Origin: Piromyces finnis finn
Taxonomy: Eukaryota; Fungi; Neocallimastigomycota
Assembly: GCA_002104945.1 (NCBI GenBank)
Contig: MCFH01000026.1
Span: forward strand, 62,001-126,000
Direction: 5' to 3'
Length of the DNA stretch: 64,000 nucleotides
Under the pieces are notes generated by a model, which worked only from the letters and a program-made list of their open reading frames with translations, did not search any database and was not told the origin of the DNA. Below are positions 46,832 to 63,000 of this stretch, one piece after another. The translations under genes and the position numbers were made by a program. The number at the start of each line of letters is the position of its first letter. Positions within the stretch are counted from its first letter, which is position 1.

Positions 46832-48859
46832 TTTACTTAAAAAAAATAAAATATTTTTAAATCATATAATTAAACTACATTACAATTAAATATATAGTGT
46901 TTGTTTATTTTATCTCGTTTTTCCTTTTCTTTATTTAAATAAAATCTTTTAACTAGTATGAATAAATTTGAATGGTCCTTTTAAAAAGAAAAAATTTAAA
47001 ATTGTCTTAAAATTAAGTTTGAATTGGATATACACTATTAAAATATTACTACAGTTTTCTTTATGTATATATAAATACTTTTTCTATATTTCTACAAAAT
47101 TTCCTTTTATTCGCCTCTTACTTTTACTATTAAAATATAAAAGAATTACTTGATTTCTCTTTTTTTTTTTTCTATAATATATAACGAAAAAATTGATTGA
47201 TATTAATATATATGTGTGTATATAATATTTTTAACAATAATAATAAAAAAGGCTTGATTTAAGCTGTAATTTAGTATTTTTGAAAACAAAAATTATTATT
47301 ACATATAGTTTTCAACTAAAACAATATAAATATTATCATTTTCGATTTCATAATGTAATTTTTTAGTATGAAAATATTATGAATTTTCTTGTATTTATTT
47401 TTATCATATTTAATTTCTTTTTTTTTTTTTTTTTTTTTTAATATGTTAAATTAAAAAGGTAAATAGAAGTCATTTACTAAAAAATAATGTTTTATAAAAA
47501 CCCATATTAATAAAAATAATAATAATAAAACATAAAAAGAAAAAATATATCTATATTTAACTATATATAATTATCAAGAATTTTTTTTTTTTTTTTAAAT
47601 ATTTTAATTTACATATATTAAATTTATTATTTAATTTTTAATAAATATATTAATATAAAACTCATACTTTATATAAAAAAAAAAAAAATAAAATAAAATT
47701 ACATGAATAATCCAGTATACAGAGAATAAGTAGAAAAGAATGGTTATTTTATGCAGAAATTGTTTTTTATTTATTCGTATATATCATATATCTTTTCAGT
47801 ATATCATTTATAACATCGTATTAAAGGAAAAAACTATAAAAAATGAAAAAGAAAAAAATTAATTCTTTTTTTTATCTTTATAAATAGATTAACGAATAAT
47901 TAAAAAAAAAAATGAATATGAATTATATTAGAGATGTGATTATAACAAGTTTCTATTTCAATGAAATAACTATTAATAGGACTTGTTCAAATGAAGTTTT
48001 CCTCCTCTTCCAACTTTCCATATTGTTGCCTATTTGTTGTAGGCAATAAAATTTTAAGATTTAATTACTCATCCCTTAAAATTAATAACTAATGGTTTTT
48101 CCACTTTTATATATTAATAATAAAATACACAATGATTTATTTAAAGTTTTTAAAGTTTGTCAATATAATATAATGTAATATGTTATATATATAATTCTTT
48201 GTATTTTTATTATATATATTACTTAATATTTGACCAATAGAATTGTTATTTAATAGAGTATGTAATACAAGTAAAACAACGTATTAAATTTATGGGATAA
48301 TATTATTACATAAAATAATATATTGATAATATTATTTATACTATTCATTAAATATATTAAAGTATGGCATTTATATAAAATAAAATATATTAATATATAA
48401 GGAATATTTTGATGAAAGACAATTAAAAAATACTACCGTTAAGATAAATAAATTATTTAAATAGAAGATAAAAAGGTGTATATAAGAATAAATAGCCTTT
48501 CACATAAAGGTATTAAAGATTCTTGAATATAAACTATATTAAGAATGAACGGTTTAAAGTATTTTTAAGGTATACCGAATAATTCCTACCATCAAACTTT
48601 GAAAGTAAACAAATCATTTTTTTTCAGTGCTTTTATCAAAACATAATAATTCTAATCATCCAAATAATTTAAATCCTTTAAACTTAATTATTAAACAAAC
48701 GAAAGAAATATTTTTTGTTATATTCTATTATTAATATAAAATTAAAATCAATTAGTTTCCTATTAAATTCATTTGACAATTCATGTATATAAGAACTTTT
48801 GCTTACTCTTATAAAAAATATATTATAAAAATATCTTAAATATATATATTTATAATAAA

Positions 48860-49850
<991 letters not shown>

Positions 49851-52800
49851 ACTAGTATAAAGTTTACTAATGAGTATTTTTTTCATAGCATTCAAAATTA
49901 GCTAAGCTCTATGTATATAATTAAAATTTTTTAATTATATTATTTTTGGAAATAATTTTAATTATTTCTTATGGATGATCATCTTTTAATTAAAAATAAA
50001 TAATCATAATCATCAAAATAATATAATAATATGGAATAATTTTTAAATTAACGATGAAAAATAATCAAAAAGATTAATTTTTAGCTAAGTCGCTTATTCT
50101 TATATAAAAATTTAAAAGTTCATATATTAATTAATATAATATAATATATGCATGGAATTTCTTTTATGTATTCTGTGTATATTATTTAATTCATATCAAT
50201 ATATTGATAATATATGATTAAATAAAGTGATGAAAATTATTTATTCTTACCTGGAGATATTACTAAAAAGTTACAGTAACCTACCCACCATATTTAGGCA
50301 AAGAGAAATTCTTCAAAAAGATTATTATGATGATTTGATTATGTCATTTGGATGATTTGGATAACTTTTTCATTAGATTAGAATAAATAAAAAAAAAAAA
50401 AACTGTCATCTTGTTTTCTTAAATGTAACTTGAGTTTATAAATAAATTTTATGGAAAAACAACAAACCATAAAGAAATCGATCACTACTATTAATTGATT
50501 TCTTTAAATAATAAATAGACTATTAGAATATGAGGAAGGAATAATTAAGCAAAGTCTTGAATAATTATTTATTTATAAAAATTTAACTGCTAGAACGTAA
50601 AAAAATGTAGTTTGCATTGTATTAATGTATTGATAATTATACTTAAATTATGAATTTATTTAATATATAGTTTTTTTTATTACTTTATTTATTATAACTT
50701 GGCTTTTATTTTATAATATATTATAATATATTATATAATTATATTAAAATATAATATTAATGTATAAATAAAGCATACTTAATATATTACTTTACTAATT
50801 AAAATTTTATATTTCTTTAAAAAAAAAAAAGACAATATGTATTAGGATAGAGTGTATATAACTAATAATACTTTTAATTCATTAACATGAAACTTTTTTA
50901 ACAAATACTTAATTTTATATTGTTATTTTATAATAAGTAGTGTGTAGGTTCTAATACATAAAATAATTATTTAAATATATAGTATTTCATTACCACTAGT
51001 TGATATATCATTACTAATATTTAATTTTTTTTTAAAGTATTTTTATTTAAAGAAATAATAAAAAGTATAGTATTTAAATAAAAAATTAAAATATTTTATA
51101 TATTAAACTTTACATTTCATTCATATGCGAAATATTTTAAAAAGATGTTATCTATAAATATGTAAAAAAAAACATTTATGTTAGTTGGTGTACATAAAAT
51201 GAAAAATTATCTATATTAACATTATAATAAAATATAAAAAAAGTTAAGTAACCTTTTAATTATAAATAAATATTATTATATAATCTTATTTCTTTATTGA
51301 ATACTAAATAACTAAATAAAAAAAATTATTGTTATTACTAAATGAAAAATAAGTCATTAAAGTTTATTCTTTTTAATATTTAGTATTTTTTTATTAAAAG
51401 ATACTAAATATAAAATAATAATAAAATAATAAAACTATTATTTAAAAAAAAAAAAAAAACACTGGAAAAACAGTTTCATTTTCATTTATCATCATCATTT
51501 AAATAATAAAAAAAAACATATGTTATAAATCATATTAATTATAATATAAATCACATGAGTGTCACATGATATAATATATTAATGGAACAATCGCATATTT
51601 ATGAATCTTGAAAAATAAAAAAAATAAAATTCAAAAATTCAAAATTTTTTATTAAATTATTTAATAAATATAAATATTACATATATTATATTATATATTT
51701 GATTTATTTTATGATTTATTTTATTATATTGCTATATATTGATAAATTTATTGTGTATATATAGGAATAATTATATTGAATTGGTTATTTTATCTTTATT
51801 AAAAATTATTGTAATAACATTTCGTACTCTTTGGATAATTTTAGTAATAATTTTAATTAATATAATTGATTAAACAAATAGAAATATATTTAATAAACTT
51901 TAAAAAAACTATATTCTGGGTTTATACTATAGTTAGAGCGTATATAAGATGAGTAACAAAAAATAACTACATAATTTACTTTTTGTTTGTATAAAAAAAC
52001 TAAATAAATAATCTAAATTATATTACTTTTCTTTTAATAGGTTATGCTATTCTACTCATAATAAGTTTTTAAAGAAAAATAGTAATATATAAAATTTTAA
52101 AGTTTTATATAAAAAATGATTTAAAATGTATTTTTTTAATAAATCAACAATTAAAATAATTTTAAAAAATTAAATTTTCCACTTTCTAATTGAAATAGAT
52201 TATATTAGTAATATATAATATAATATATAAAATAACTAAATGACTGATATATTATTTATATGGACTTAATACAAAAATTACTACTTGGATAAAATATATA
52301 TAAATTTTAAGATTAAAATTCATTCAAAAAAAAAAGCTTAAAAATCTGAATAGCAAAAAAAGAAATTAGAATTATTTCTTTTTGCCTTTTTTTTTTTTTT
52401 TTGTTATTCTTGAGCATAAAGTACGTTTATTTAACTATAAATTTGTTTATACAGGATGAATTATTTAAAAAAAAAAAAAACTTAAAATTTCATTAACTTT
52501 AAAAAACTTCATTGTAAATCATGAAATTATAAAAAAAAAACTAGCATTAAAAAATAAAAAAAAGTTTTCATTTATTGCATTAATTTTAATATCATCTATT
52601 TCAATACTATTTATTCACTTTTCTCTCTGTTTAACTAGGTATATATCAATTTTAAATTTCCATTTTTCAACAAATACATTTTATAATTTTTTTAATCTTA
52701 TTTTCCATTATTATCTATCCCATGGATTCCCATATATTTGATTCTGTGATTATATTTAAGTATTAAATACATCCAGATTTCACAATTTCGTTTATTTAAC

Positions 52801-55800
52801 TTTTATTCATTCTCATTGAACTTCTTTTATTCTGCTTGATTGTTTAATTAAAATTTTGATGTTTCTATTTGTATATATTTCTTTTATGCTTTTTTTTTTT
52901 TTTGCCAATTTTTTTTTCTTTCAATTATATTAATTTTTCATCAATGCCAGATTATTTTTCAACCAAAAAATCAAATTATAAAAATTTTCATCAAAAAAAT
53001 TTAATAGAAAAAGGATGAAATGGATGAATTATGCATGATTATTTTTCTTTGTATAATTTTCTTTTTAAGAAAAAATGTTTTAAACAGAATTTTCTTATTA
53101 CTACACCCTCATGTGATTAATAATCTTTAAAAAACATGGGATATGAAAATTTTAATAAAATTATCTATTTTTTACTCTTTGATAGTAATAATTTGTTTTA
53201 AATTTTTCATCATCATCATCATCATCATCATCATTATCTACTAAGAAAAGTATAATGATGGATTATTATCATAAAAATAAAATAATAATACATTGTACAA
53301 TTTCAAATAGAATGTAGTTAACAGCAAATCATATTCCACTTGTTACTAACTTTTGACGATAACTATTCACCACCTTTCCAACAAAAATTAATGTAATGCT
53401 GAAATTATTAACATATAATAATAAATTATATATTTACATTATTATAACAAAAGTAAAAAGATTTAAATTAAAAGCCTTTCTTGACCTACTTCATTTTTAA
53501 TTAAATCCATTATATAATATAGTATATTATTTATTATCATTCATTCTACCTAAATTGTTAAATATATATATAGAGAGCAAAAAATAATAAAATATACCAG
53601 TTAGCTATTAATTGAAAATTAAACTATTTTTATATATAAAAAAAAAGGGGAATTTAATTTTTTTTTTTTTTTATTTTTCCAATACTCATTAATTATAGCT
53701 ATTTTAAATAAAAATATAAATATATTATTTAATAAGATAGTTATATAATACTAAGATATAAATTACTATGCTAATTTTGAATAATTAATAATTTTAAATA
53801 GAGTATCATTAAATTATATCATAATAATAGTATGGATTAATAGTTTTGCTAATTGGGGATGATTTGTTATTTTAGTTTTTCTAATTATTGGTTATATTAA
53901 TTACAAATTACATTACGAAAATTTAAAGGCTGTATTAATCTTAATGCCTATTAAAAATACTAATATATCATTTTGTTAATTTACAAAGATTAATAATATA
54001 TTAAGTAAAATATATTTAATATTGTATTTTAATGTAATAGATTCTTTTTCCATGTCAGCTTTTATTACTATTATTATATTATTATTATATTATATACTAT
54101 ATTTTAAAGTTTTTTAATTGTTTTACTATATTCTACATATATAAATAGATAAAGTTCTCCTCATTTATATATATTAACTACTTTGACAACTTTATTGTAA
54201 AATAGGTCAACGTATTTATTTATAGAACTACATTATTATAATCATTGTATCTGAAGATTCTATAAAAAAAAAAAAAGACTAATAATTTTAATTGAATAAA
54301 TAATACATTTAAACTGAAATATATATAAATCTTGAAGGATAGTATAATGGTATATATATTTATTATACATTTTCTTATATAAGGTTTTAATTTTTTTTTT
54401 TATTTTTCCATAATTAAAAAGATAATTATTTATTATTGAATACTTTTTTATATTATAATAATTAATTATCTTTTTGATCTTTTTATATTCCTTGGACTTT
54501 TTATTGATTTTGGAATTATTAAAAACACTTTTTATTATTATTATATATATCTACAAATTATATGCTTATGAACTGGAAAAGTTAATAAATTGGATAAAAC
54601 CTAATATTATTTTAAAGTTTGATAATTATATTTATATAGTTGTAATACTTAGAATTTATATTGAAATAAATTCGCAAAGTATATAGTATATTTTTATTTT
54701 TTAAAATATTGGTATACCATTTATTGAGTTTATTTACAAATATATGAAAAGCTAAAAGATAAACTAAAAATATGATTACTTTTAATTTTTCAAAAAAAAA
54801 ATATATATATATATATATTTGGTTAGATGTAAATAAATAATAATTTATTAAATTAAATGAAATATTAAATTTTTTGGATGTTTTATTATTCAAATATATC
54901 AACTTGTAATGTTGATACACAATAAAATTTATATTAAATAAATATGCATTGCTTATATATATAACAACTCTTAATTATATATTTTATAATGTAAATAGTA
55001 TAATAGTATATGTACTGAAATTGCATTGCTTGTAATAAAAAAGTCTAATTGCATGTCTTTTTTTTACTTATTTATTTATTTTATAAAATATATATAAAAA
55101 TCATTATAGTAATCTAAATTAAAAGATAATATTATTAAATCTTATTATTAAATCATTAAATTATAAGTGAAAATAAAAAAAAAAAAGTTATTCTTGCATA
55201 TTCTCATTATTTTTAAGTAACAACTAATACACATTTTTGATGTAATATCACCAAGGAAAATGTATCATAATTTTTTTTTCTTCTTTTTTTGTTTTACGTT
55301 TTGATGATCAAATATATAAGATGGATCAAAAAATCTAATTTATAAAGTCTATTTTTATAACTATTTATAACTATTTTATGGCTTTTATTATTATTATTAT
55401 TATTTCATAAATATTATATTAATATTTGATAAACTTTATAAATTAGATTTTATTATGTAAATAAACAACTATGTTTTATTACTTTTTTTTTTTTTTTATC
55501 AACTTATTTATTTATTTTTCATATCATAAATTTTGTTTTGTTTTGTTTTTTTTTTTTTTGTTTTTTTTGTTTTTTTATTTCTTTATTTATTGCTTGTAAA
55601 GTAATCAATTTTTAAAAAGAAAAATTGTTTAAAATAAAATTAAAACAATTAACATTATGAATATTATTAAGATCCAAATTAATATTAAATAATTGTATTT
55701 GTTATCCTTAAATACCAAAATATTAATAATTATTTAATAGATTTGTTTTTACTAACTTTCTGATGATATAATACTATCTTAAAATATTATAATACATGTC

Positions 55801-57721
55801 TCTTAAAACAGTATTTTTACTAATTCGGACTATTGTTATAAACATAGTTAAATAAATAGCAATACACATATCAACCTATAATATTTATTTACATTCCTAT
55901 TTATAGCAATGTAAATAATACATACATTTTGGACCAAATATATTATACATTACTAGGCCCTACTATATAACAAGATTATTATTGCTGTACTAATAGTTTC
56001 ATAAATACCTTACTATTCTTGAATATGGAAATTATTGATATTAACACCTTTTCTAAATAGATTTTACTTTTTTATTATTATTACTATTATTATTTTTAGA
56101 GTGAAAAATATAAAAATATAATGAAAGAATAAAGTTTTAATGGCTTTTTTAATAAAAAAAATCACAAGATATAAATGGATATAATTTTATCTATATAGTT
56201 AAAAAAATAATATGTAAAAGGATTATAAATCTATGTTTTTTGTTGATTAAAAAAAGAAAAGATAAACAATAATCAAAATAGCCTTCTTTTATACTACATA
56301 ATGAATTATAGTTTATCAGAGAATCATGATGATTAAGCGATTAAACACTTTACAAGGAAATAAAATAAAAATTCAGATTTTAAATAAATAATTAATAGCT
56401 ATAGCTTAAATAAAAGGGAAAAAATAGATATAATAAAAGAAATAATTTTATATCTTTCAAAATTAAATACAATAAAAAAGTAATAAAAGTAATATATAAA
56501 AATAAAAGAAATCTACTCTTGTTTTCACTACTACAAGTAAATGCTTAACACTTTTTTAAAAGGTGCATCATTAAAAAAAAATTAAATTTAAATTATTAAA
56601 AAGGTTCCACAGAATCGATTAATTTATTTTTAAATCAAAACTTTTTTTGGTTTTGAAAATTCTTTTATTTTTCTAATCTTAAAATATATTCATTTCTTTT
56701 ATTATTATGAATATTAAAGGAGCTTTTGTTTTTATATACCTTTAAATATAGGTTTTTTATTATTATTTTCTTTTTTTTTTTTAACTTTAAAAATATGAAT
56801 TTTTAAATAAATATTCTTCTTGTAAAATGATCAGGTTTAATTTTTTTTTTTTCAATCATTATAATATGAAATTTAAAAGTATGATCGAAAAAACGGTTTT
56901 TTCTCTGGTAAAAAAAATTTTATAAAAAAAACTTTAAATTTGAAACTTTAAATATATAAATATAAATATATATATGTATGTATTTTTATATTTAATTTCT
57001 ATCGATCTATGAACTTACTATGATATAGGTATACTATTCATATTAAAAATAAATGAATAGAAAAAAGAATAATATATATATATATATATATATTTATACA
57101 CAAAAACTCTGCTTTTTTAAAAATAATAATTCTAATCCTTATGATAAAAAATTAAAAGGTTAATTAATTAAATGATCAAAAATAATTAATCGATTAATTT
57201 ATTTCTAAATAATATAAAATTTTTAGTAAAGGATTAGAATATTAATAATTAAATTATAATGAAAAAGAAAAGAAGAAATAAAGATACTTTTTATATATAA
57301 TTAATAACATAAACATAATATTACTACTTAATTATAATTAAATAATTATATAAAACTTTCTTTTTTACATATGTATGTAATATTAATAATATATTAAATA
57401 TAAAGGTTTATTGGATTCTTTAAAAGCTCAAATATTTCTGAATATATATTTCAATATGCAAATCATTTTTATAATATAATATAATAATAAATTATATTTT
57501 TTTTCTTCTATTTTAAAATATAATATAAAAATTGAATATTTATAATTTTTAAAAAAAGATAACTAAAAATTAAAATTATGTTATAACATAACAAGGTTTG
57601 AAAAAAGCATAATAACTAATTAAGATATATTAACTATTTATTCTTTTCCATATAAACATAGCTTATATATAAATGTATAAATATATCATTATTTATTTTG
57701 CTATAATTATATTAAAAAACT

Positions 57722-59039
57722 TCATGATAAAAGTTCAATTCTTTGTTTTTCTATCATTCCTTCTAAATATTTATTTCGTAGAGTTAATTCGTCAATATTT
57801 TCTTTTAGTTTTAATATTATTTCATCTTTAGTAGCAAGTGCTTGATGTACTTTTTCTTCTACTAATTGAAGTGCCATTTCCTATTATTTATTATATAACA
57901 TAAAATTTATAAAAAAAATATTAAGAAATGTAATAATAATGTTTATTTTTATAAATTTATAAAGTAAAAGTATTACCTTTTCTTTATTTATATTTTCAAT
58001 ATCTTGTTGATTTTTCTTTTTTAACAATTCTGTTTGAGCTTTTTGTGAATTAAGTTGTTCATTTAGTATTTCAATATTTGATTTTGATAGTTCTAATTGT
58101 GATTTAAATTCTTCACCTAATATATTTTTAAGTTTTTTTTTTTTTAATTAATAAAATAAAATAGTATTTTTAATTTTTATAGTAATATTTAATATATAAG
58201 AAATTATTAATTTGACTTACGAATCATATCAGATAAAGCGTCTTTACTAACTTTCAAACGATTTAATTCTTGTTTTTGACTTTGTAATTGTTGTTCCTAT
58301 TTTTATAAATAAATATTTTTAAAAAGAATATGAGTAAACTGATAAAACCTTCGAATTTCATTTTTTTTAAATAATATTTTATGAGAGAAATCCTCATTAT
58401 ATTAAAAAAAAAACAAAAACAAAAAAACAATTACCATTATTGTACTTTCATGTTGCGATCTAATGAGTTCTTTTTGTATTTGTCGTTTTTCATTTTCTAT
58501 TGATTTCATTTTTTCTTGAATTTCAATAATCTTATCTAAAGATAGGTTATGCTCATCTCTCAATTTTTTAATTTCATCTGCATTTTCAGCCTTCAACTTT
58601 TCTATTTCTATTCGATGTTGACGGGTAATATCACTTGTAGATGAATTGGTTTCACTTTCCAGACGTTGGATAACCATTTCTATTTCTGCGTCACGTTCTG
58701 ACATATATTTTTCTTTAATTATTTTCTATATGATTTATAAAGGAAAAAGAGTCATGATTTATAAATTTAGTTAAATTCATATATTATTGTTTTTTATAGT
58801 TCAATTTTTTTTTTTTTTTTTTCAATTCACCTCCTTTTGATGAAGTTCTTTTTCATTCTTTTGTATCATTAAATTTTGCCATTCTTGTTTTTCTATTTCC
58901 ATTTTTTCTTTTATATTGTTAATCTATTAATAATTATTTTATATTTCATAATATATGTATATAAATTAATAAAAATATAATAATTAAATAGGAAATTATA
59001 AATACTGCTTTCTTGAGATTTAATATAAAATCATTTAAA

Positions 59040-59070
<31 letters not shown>

Positions 59071-59985
59071 CATTTGGAGTCTTACTTCTTTAATATTTTT
59101 TCTATTTAATTCGGATATAGATTCTTCATTTTTAGTTTTAATATCTGAAATTCTTTTTTTTAATTCATCAATCTCCTTTAACAGCTTTTCTTCTTCTTTT
59201 TTCTTTTCTTGTTTAAGTTGATTTACAATAATTGTTTTTTCTTCTTCCATTTCCATTATTAATTTACGCTTATTTTGTTGAAACTTTAGTCAAATTTTAT
59301 TTATTAAAAAATATTTTAATATACATAGGTTATATAATTTCAAAATCATTATATTATTATATGTAACGAGTATTTACTTCCATTTCATCTCTTTCTAATT
59401 GTTTCATATAACGTTGTCTTGAAAACTCTCTTTCTTCTTCACAAGCTCTCTGTCTTTCCGAGGATATTTTATCTCTTAATTGTTCCTAAAGGATATAAAT
59501 AGTTAAATATATATATATTTATATTATTATATATTAATTATATATTATAAATTTTAAAATTTAAAGAATAATCTATAATTGTAGTGTTTTTTTTTTTTTT
59601 TACCATTTGATGTTGATGTTGATCAAGAATCAATTGTTTTTCTTTAATAAGTTTCTCTTGATAACTTTCTTCTAATTGCTTTATTTGAAGTTTATGTTGC
59701 TATTTATATATATATTTATATAATAATATACATTTTTTTAGAATGTTTGATTCGTTATATTAATGATTTAATTATTAGTTGTAAATAAATATATATAAAA
59801 TTAATAAATTACTGATAGCATTTTTTGTATTTCTGGTTCCAATCCTTTAATTGTATTATCTTTTATTTGTTTTTCTTTGGTTTGTATCCATTTATCCCTT
59901 CTTAATTTCTCACTGGCCTGCCAGAGTTCTTTTTGTTGTTTGATATCTCGTGTATGATGTTCTTCCAATTCTTTTATCTATATTA

Positions 59986-60039
<54 letters not shown>

Positions 60040-63000
60040 GATGATGATGATGATGTAAATAAAATAAAAATAAAATAATTATATAATCAAATTGTGTTTT
60101 TTTAATATTTCCTTATTTCCTTATACATATATAAATAAAAATATTAAGAAATAAAAAAAAAGATAAATTTATTTATTGTTATTACTTTATGTTTATACAT
60201 TTTTTCCATATTTTTAACCTCATCTCCTAAATTTTGGCATTTAGTAGTGAGTTGTTCTTTTTCACCTAATAATTTATCAACAAATGATAAATGTCTTTTA
60301 ATAATAGTTTCATATTCTTTTCTTTGAAGAGAAAGCTTTGATTTAATATCTTTTCGACTAAGTGAAATGTAAAAATGAAAGTGATAGTGAAATAAAAAAT
60401 TTTAAAATAAATATTATAAATATTTAGAGTATAAATGTATAAATAAAAAGTATTATATTTTTAAATATATAAAAAAAATATTTACTATTGTACAGTTTGA
60501 TCCTTAAGGGTATCTTTTAATTTTTTTAACTCTTTTTTAAGAAAGTCTAAGGATCTTGTTTTTTCTTCAATTTCCATTTGTTGAGTGATTATTTTTGATT
60601 TAACTCCATCAAATACTTCAACTTTTATTAAATTGTTTTTAATATTAAAAAATAGTTAGTATATATTTTATTATAAAGCTCTGGTAGTAAATTTGATATA
60701 TATATAAAAGTTGTATCCTAATATCAATCAAATTATTAATTTATAAAATATACCTGTATTATCTTTTTTATCTTTATTATATAGGCTATATCTAATGTAT
60801 ATTATGGTTATTGAAATAGTGTTATAAATTTGTATATATATAAAATATTTATAATAAATTTATTTCAATTAATTAATTCTTTATTATTTTACATTGATTC
60901 TGTATCTGACATTCTTGAGTTGATCATAGTTCCAACGGTAGAACCATTATATTTTGATACACTATCCATTAAATCAAAATCCGATTTTACTGAAGATTTG
61001 TCAGTGATAGTTTCAGAAAGCATTTCAAATGAATTATTTCCTACTGATTTTAGATAGTCTAAAATACGATCAATACGTTTTGAAGTTTGATCGGCTGTTG
61101 CTGTCACTGTTGGACTATTACTTGAAAAATGATTAAGATCATCGGATGTAGAATTATTACCATTTGAATTTATTAAATTTAAATGTCCGTTTACTCCTAT
61201 CGTGAAATCATTTGTAATTTTTGTGAGAGAATCATTTTTATAATCAAGAGAACTGGTGATAGTACTAATCTTATTAAATATTTTATCTTCATCTGATAAC
61301 TGGGCATCATCTATTATTTTACTTTGAATTAAATTGTCATGTATTTTTTTCCCTTGATTATCAACTAATGATGGAAAAACTACATCTGAATTTAATGATT
61401 TTATCGGACTACCAGGTATTCGTCCACTACCATTATTATTATTATTATTATCACTATTATTGTTCATGGAAGATGGCTTACCTAAATTTTTGTATGAATC
61501 TAGAATTATTTTATCTTTATTACTAATATTATATTCGGTACTTTCACTTTTTATCATCATTCCATCTTTTTTATCAAAATTAATATCCATTTTTTCATCT
61601 TTTGTAGTATTATCGGTGAAGACATATGGTTCATTACTACCACTTATTTTAGTTTTTTGAGAAATAGAAGATGATATTTCGTTTTTTTGAGTATTATTTG
61701 AAAAAATTTGATTTTGAAGTTGCTCTTCTTTTGTTTTTTCTATTAATTTTTCTTTTCCAATGTCTTCTTTTTTATCGAGAGAGTTTCTGATATTTGATAT
61801 AATTTCAGTTGATTTTCCTTTTTCTTTTTCTTTCCGCTTCTTATGTTGATCGAATTCTTTGTTATGTTCTTTGTTTCCTATAATGGATTCACATTCTTCT
61901 AATTGATTTATTTTGTTTTCCAAGACAGATATTTTTGTATTTATTTCTTCTATTGTCTTTGTCTTTTCCTCAATCTTTTTATCTTTTTCTTTTTTAATTT
62001 TTTTTGGGTCATTATTAGAATTAACAGATTTAGTGGTTTCTTGCTTTAAATTTACTGTTGCTTCTTTTTTATTAGTGGTGGTTTTTTTCTTAGGACTGTC
62101 ACTTACTTTAGATATCATACTATTAGAGGGTGAAAGTCTATCATTAGGTATTTTAATTAAATTATTTTCTTTTTTTATTCCATTTGTTAAATTACTTTTA
62201 TGAAGTGTATGATCTACTTTATTTTTTATATCGCTTTTAATATCACCCTTTTTTGTCGGTGTAGTATCTTTAGAGAGAGATTTAATGAAAGAAGTAGATT
62301 TTAGTTTTTCATTATATATTCGTTTTCTTAGCAAATCCTTTTTAGTAAAAATTTTATTAGCTGATGATGGTGTAGAAATATTTTGTTGAGATTCTTTTGT
62401 ATTTGCAGTATTTTCTTTATGCTTGATGTCAATACTACTTTTTAAGGTACTTGCTTTTAATCGTTTATTCAGTGTCCCTGAGGAATGTGTTGCTGTTGAT
62501 AGGGGTATATTGTTGCCAGCAGTTTTTTCTAGTTTTCCTTTAATATTACTATCAACTCTTCCTACAATTTTTTTCTTAATTTCTTTTTCAATGAAATATT
62601 GTTTTGTTTGTGTTTCTTTTGATAATGGTTTTAAAGAAGATGCTTCTTTTTCTATTTTTTTCCCATTTTTTTCCATTAATGGGGATGCAATTTTTCCATT
62701 TTTTGTAAGTTTTAATGAATTTTTCAATTTATTTGTTGTGAGTTTTGTGGCATTATTTATATTGCTTTTCTTTTGAGGGGATAATAATAATTTCGAATTA
62801 TTATTAATAAGGGTTTTATCGATTGATTCTGAATGTGATTTATTTATATTATCATTACCATTACCATTATTATCATTATCATTATCATTATTATCATCGT
62901 CATTATTATTACCATTAATTATATTATTATCATTATCATCATCATTATTGTTGTTTTTATTACTTTGATCTTCATTTTTTTTATTTGTTTTGTTGTTATT

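Noticed and set aside
48420-48800. Copia Gag-like fragment (minus strand LLSKFDGRNYSVY)
   Set aside because: Only a 7-residue resemblance, the conserved Trp is missing, and there are no LTRs or downstream pol motifs.
52600-53420. Degenerate integrase/RNase H or DDE-like fragments on the minus strand
   Set aside because: The resemblance needs several assumed frameshifts and stop reversions, so it is not supportable by eye. A tBLASTx/HMM search would be needed.
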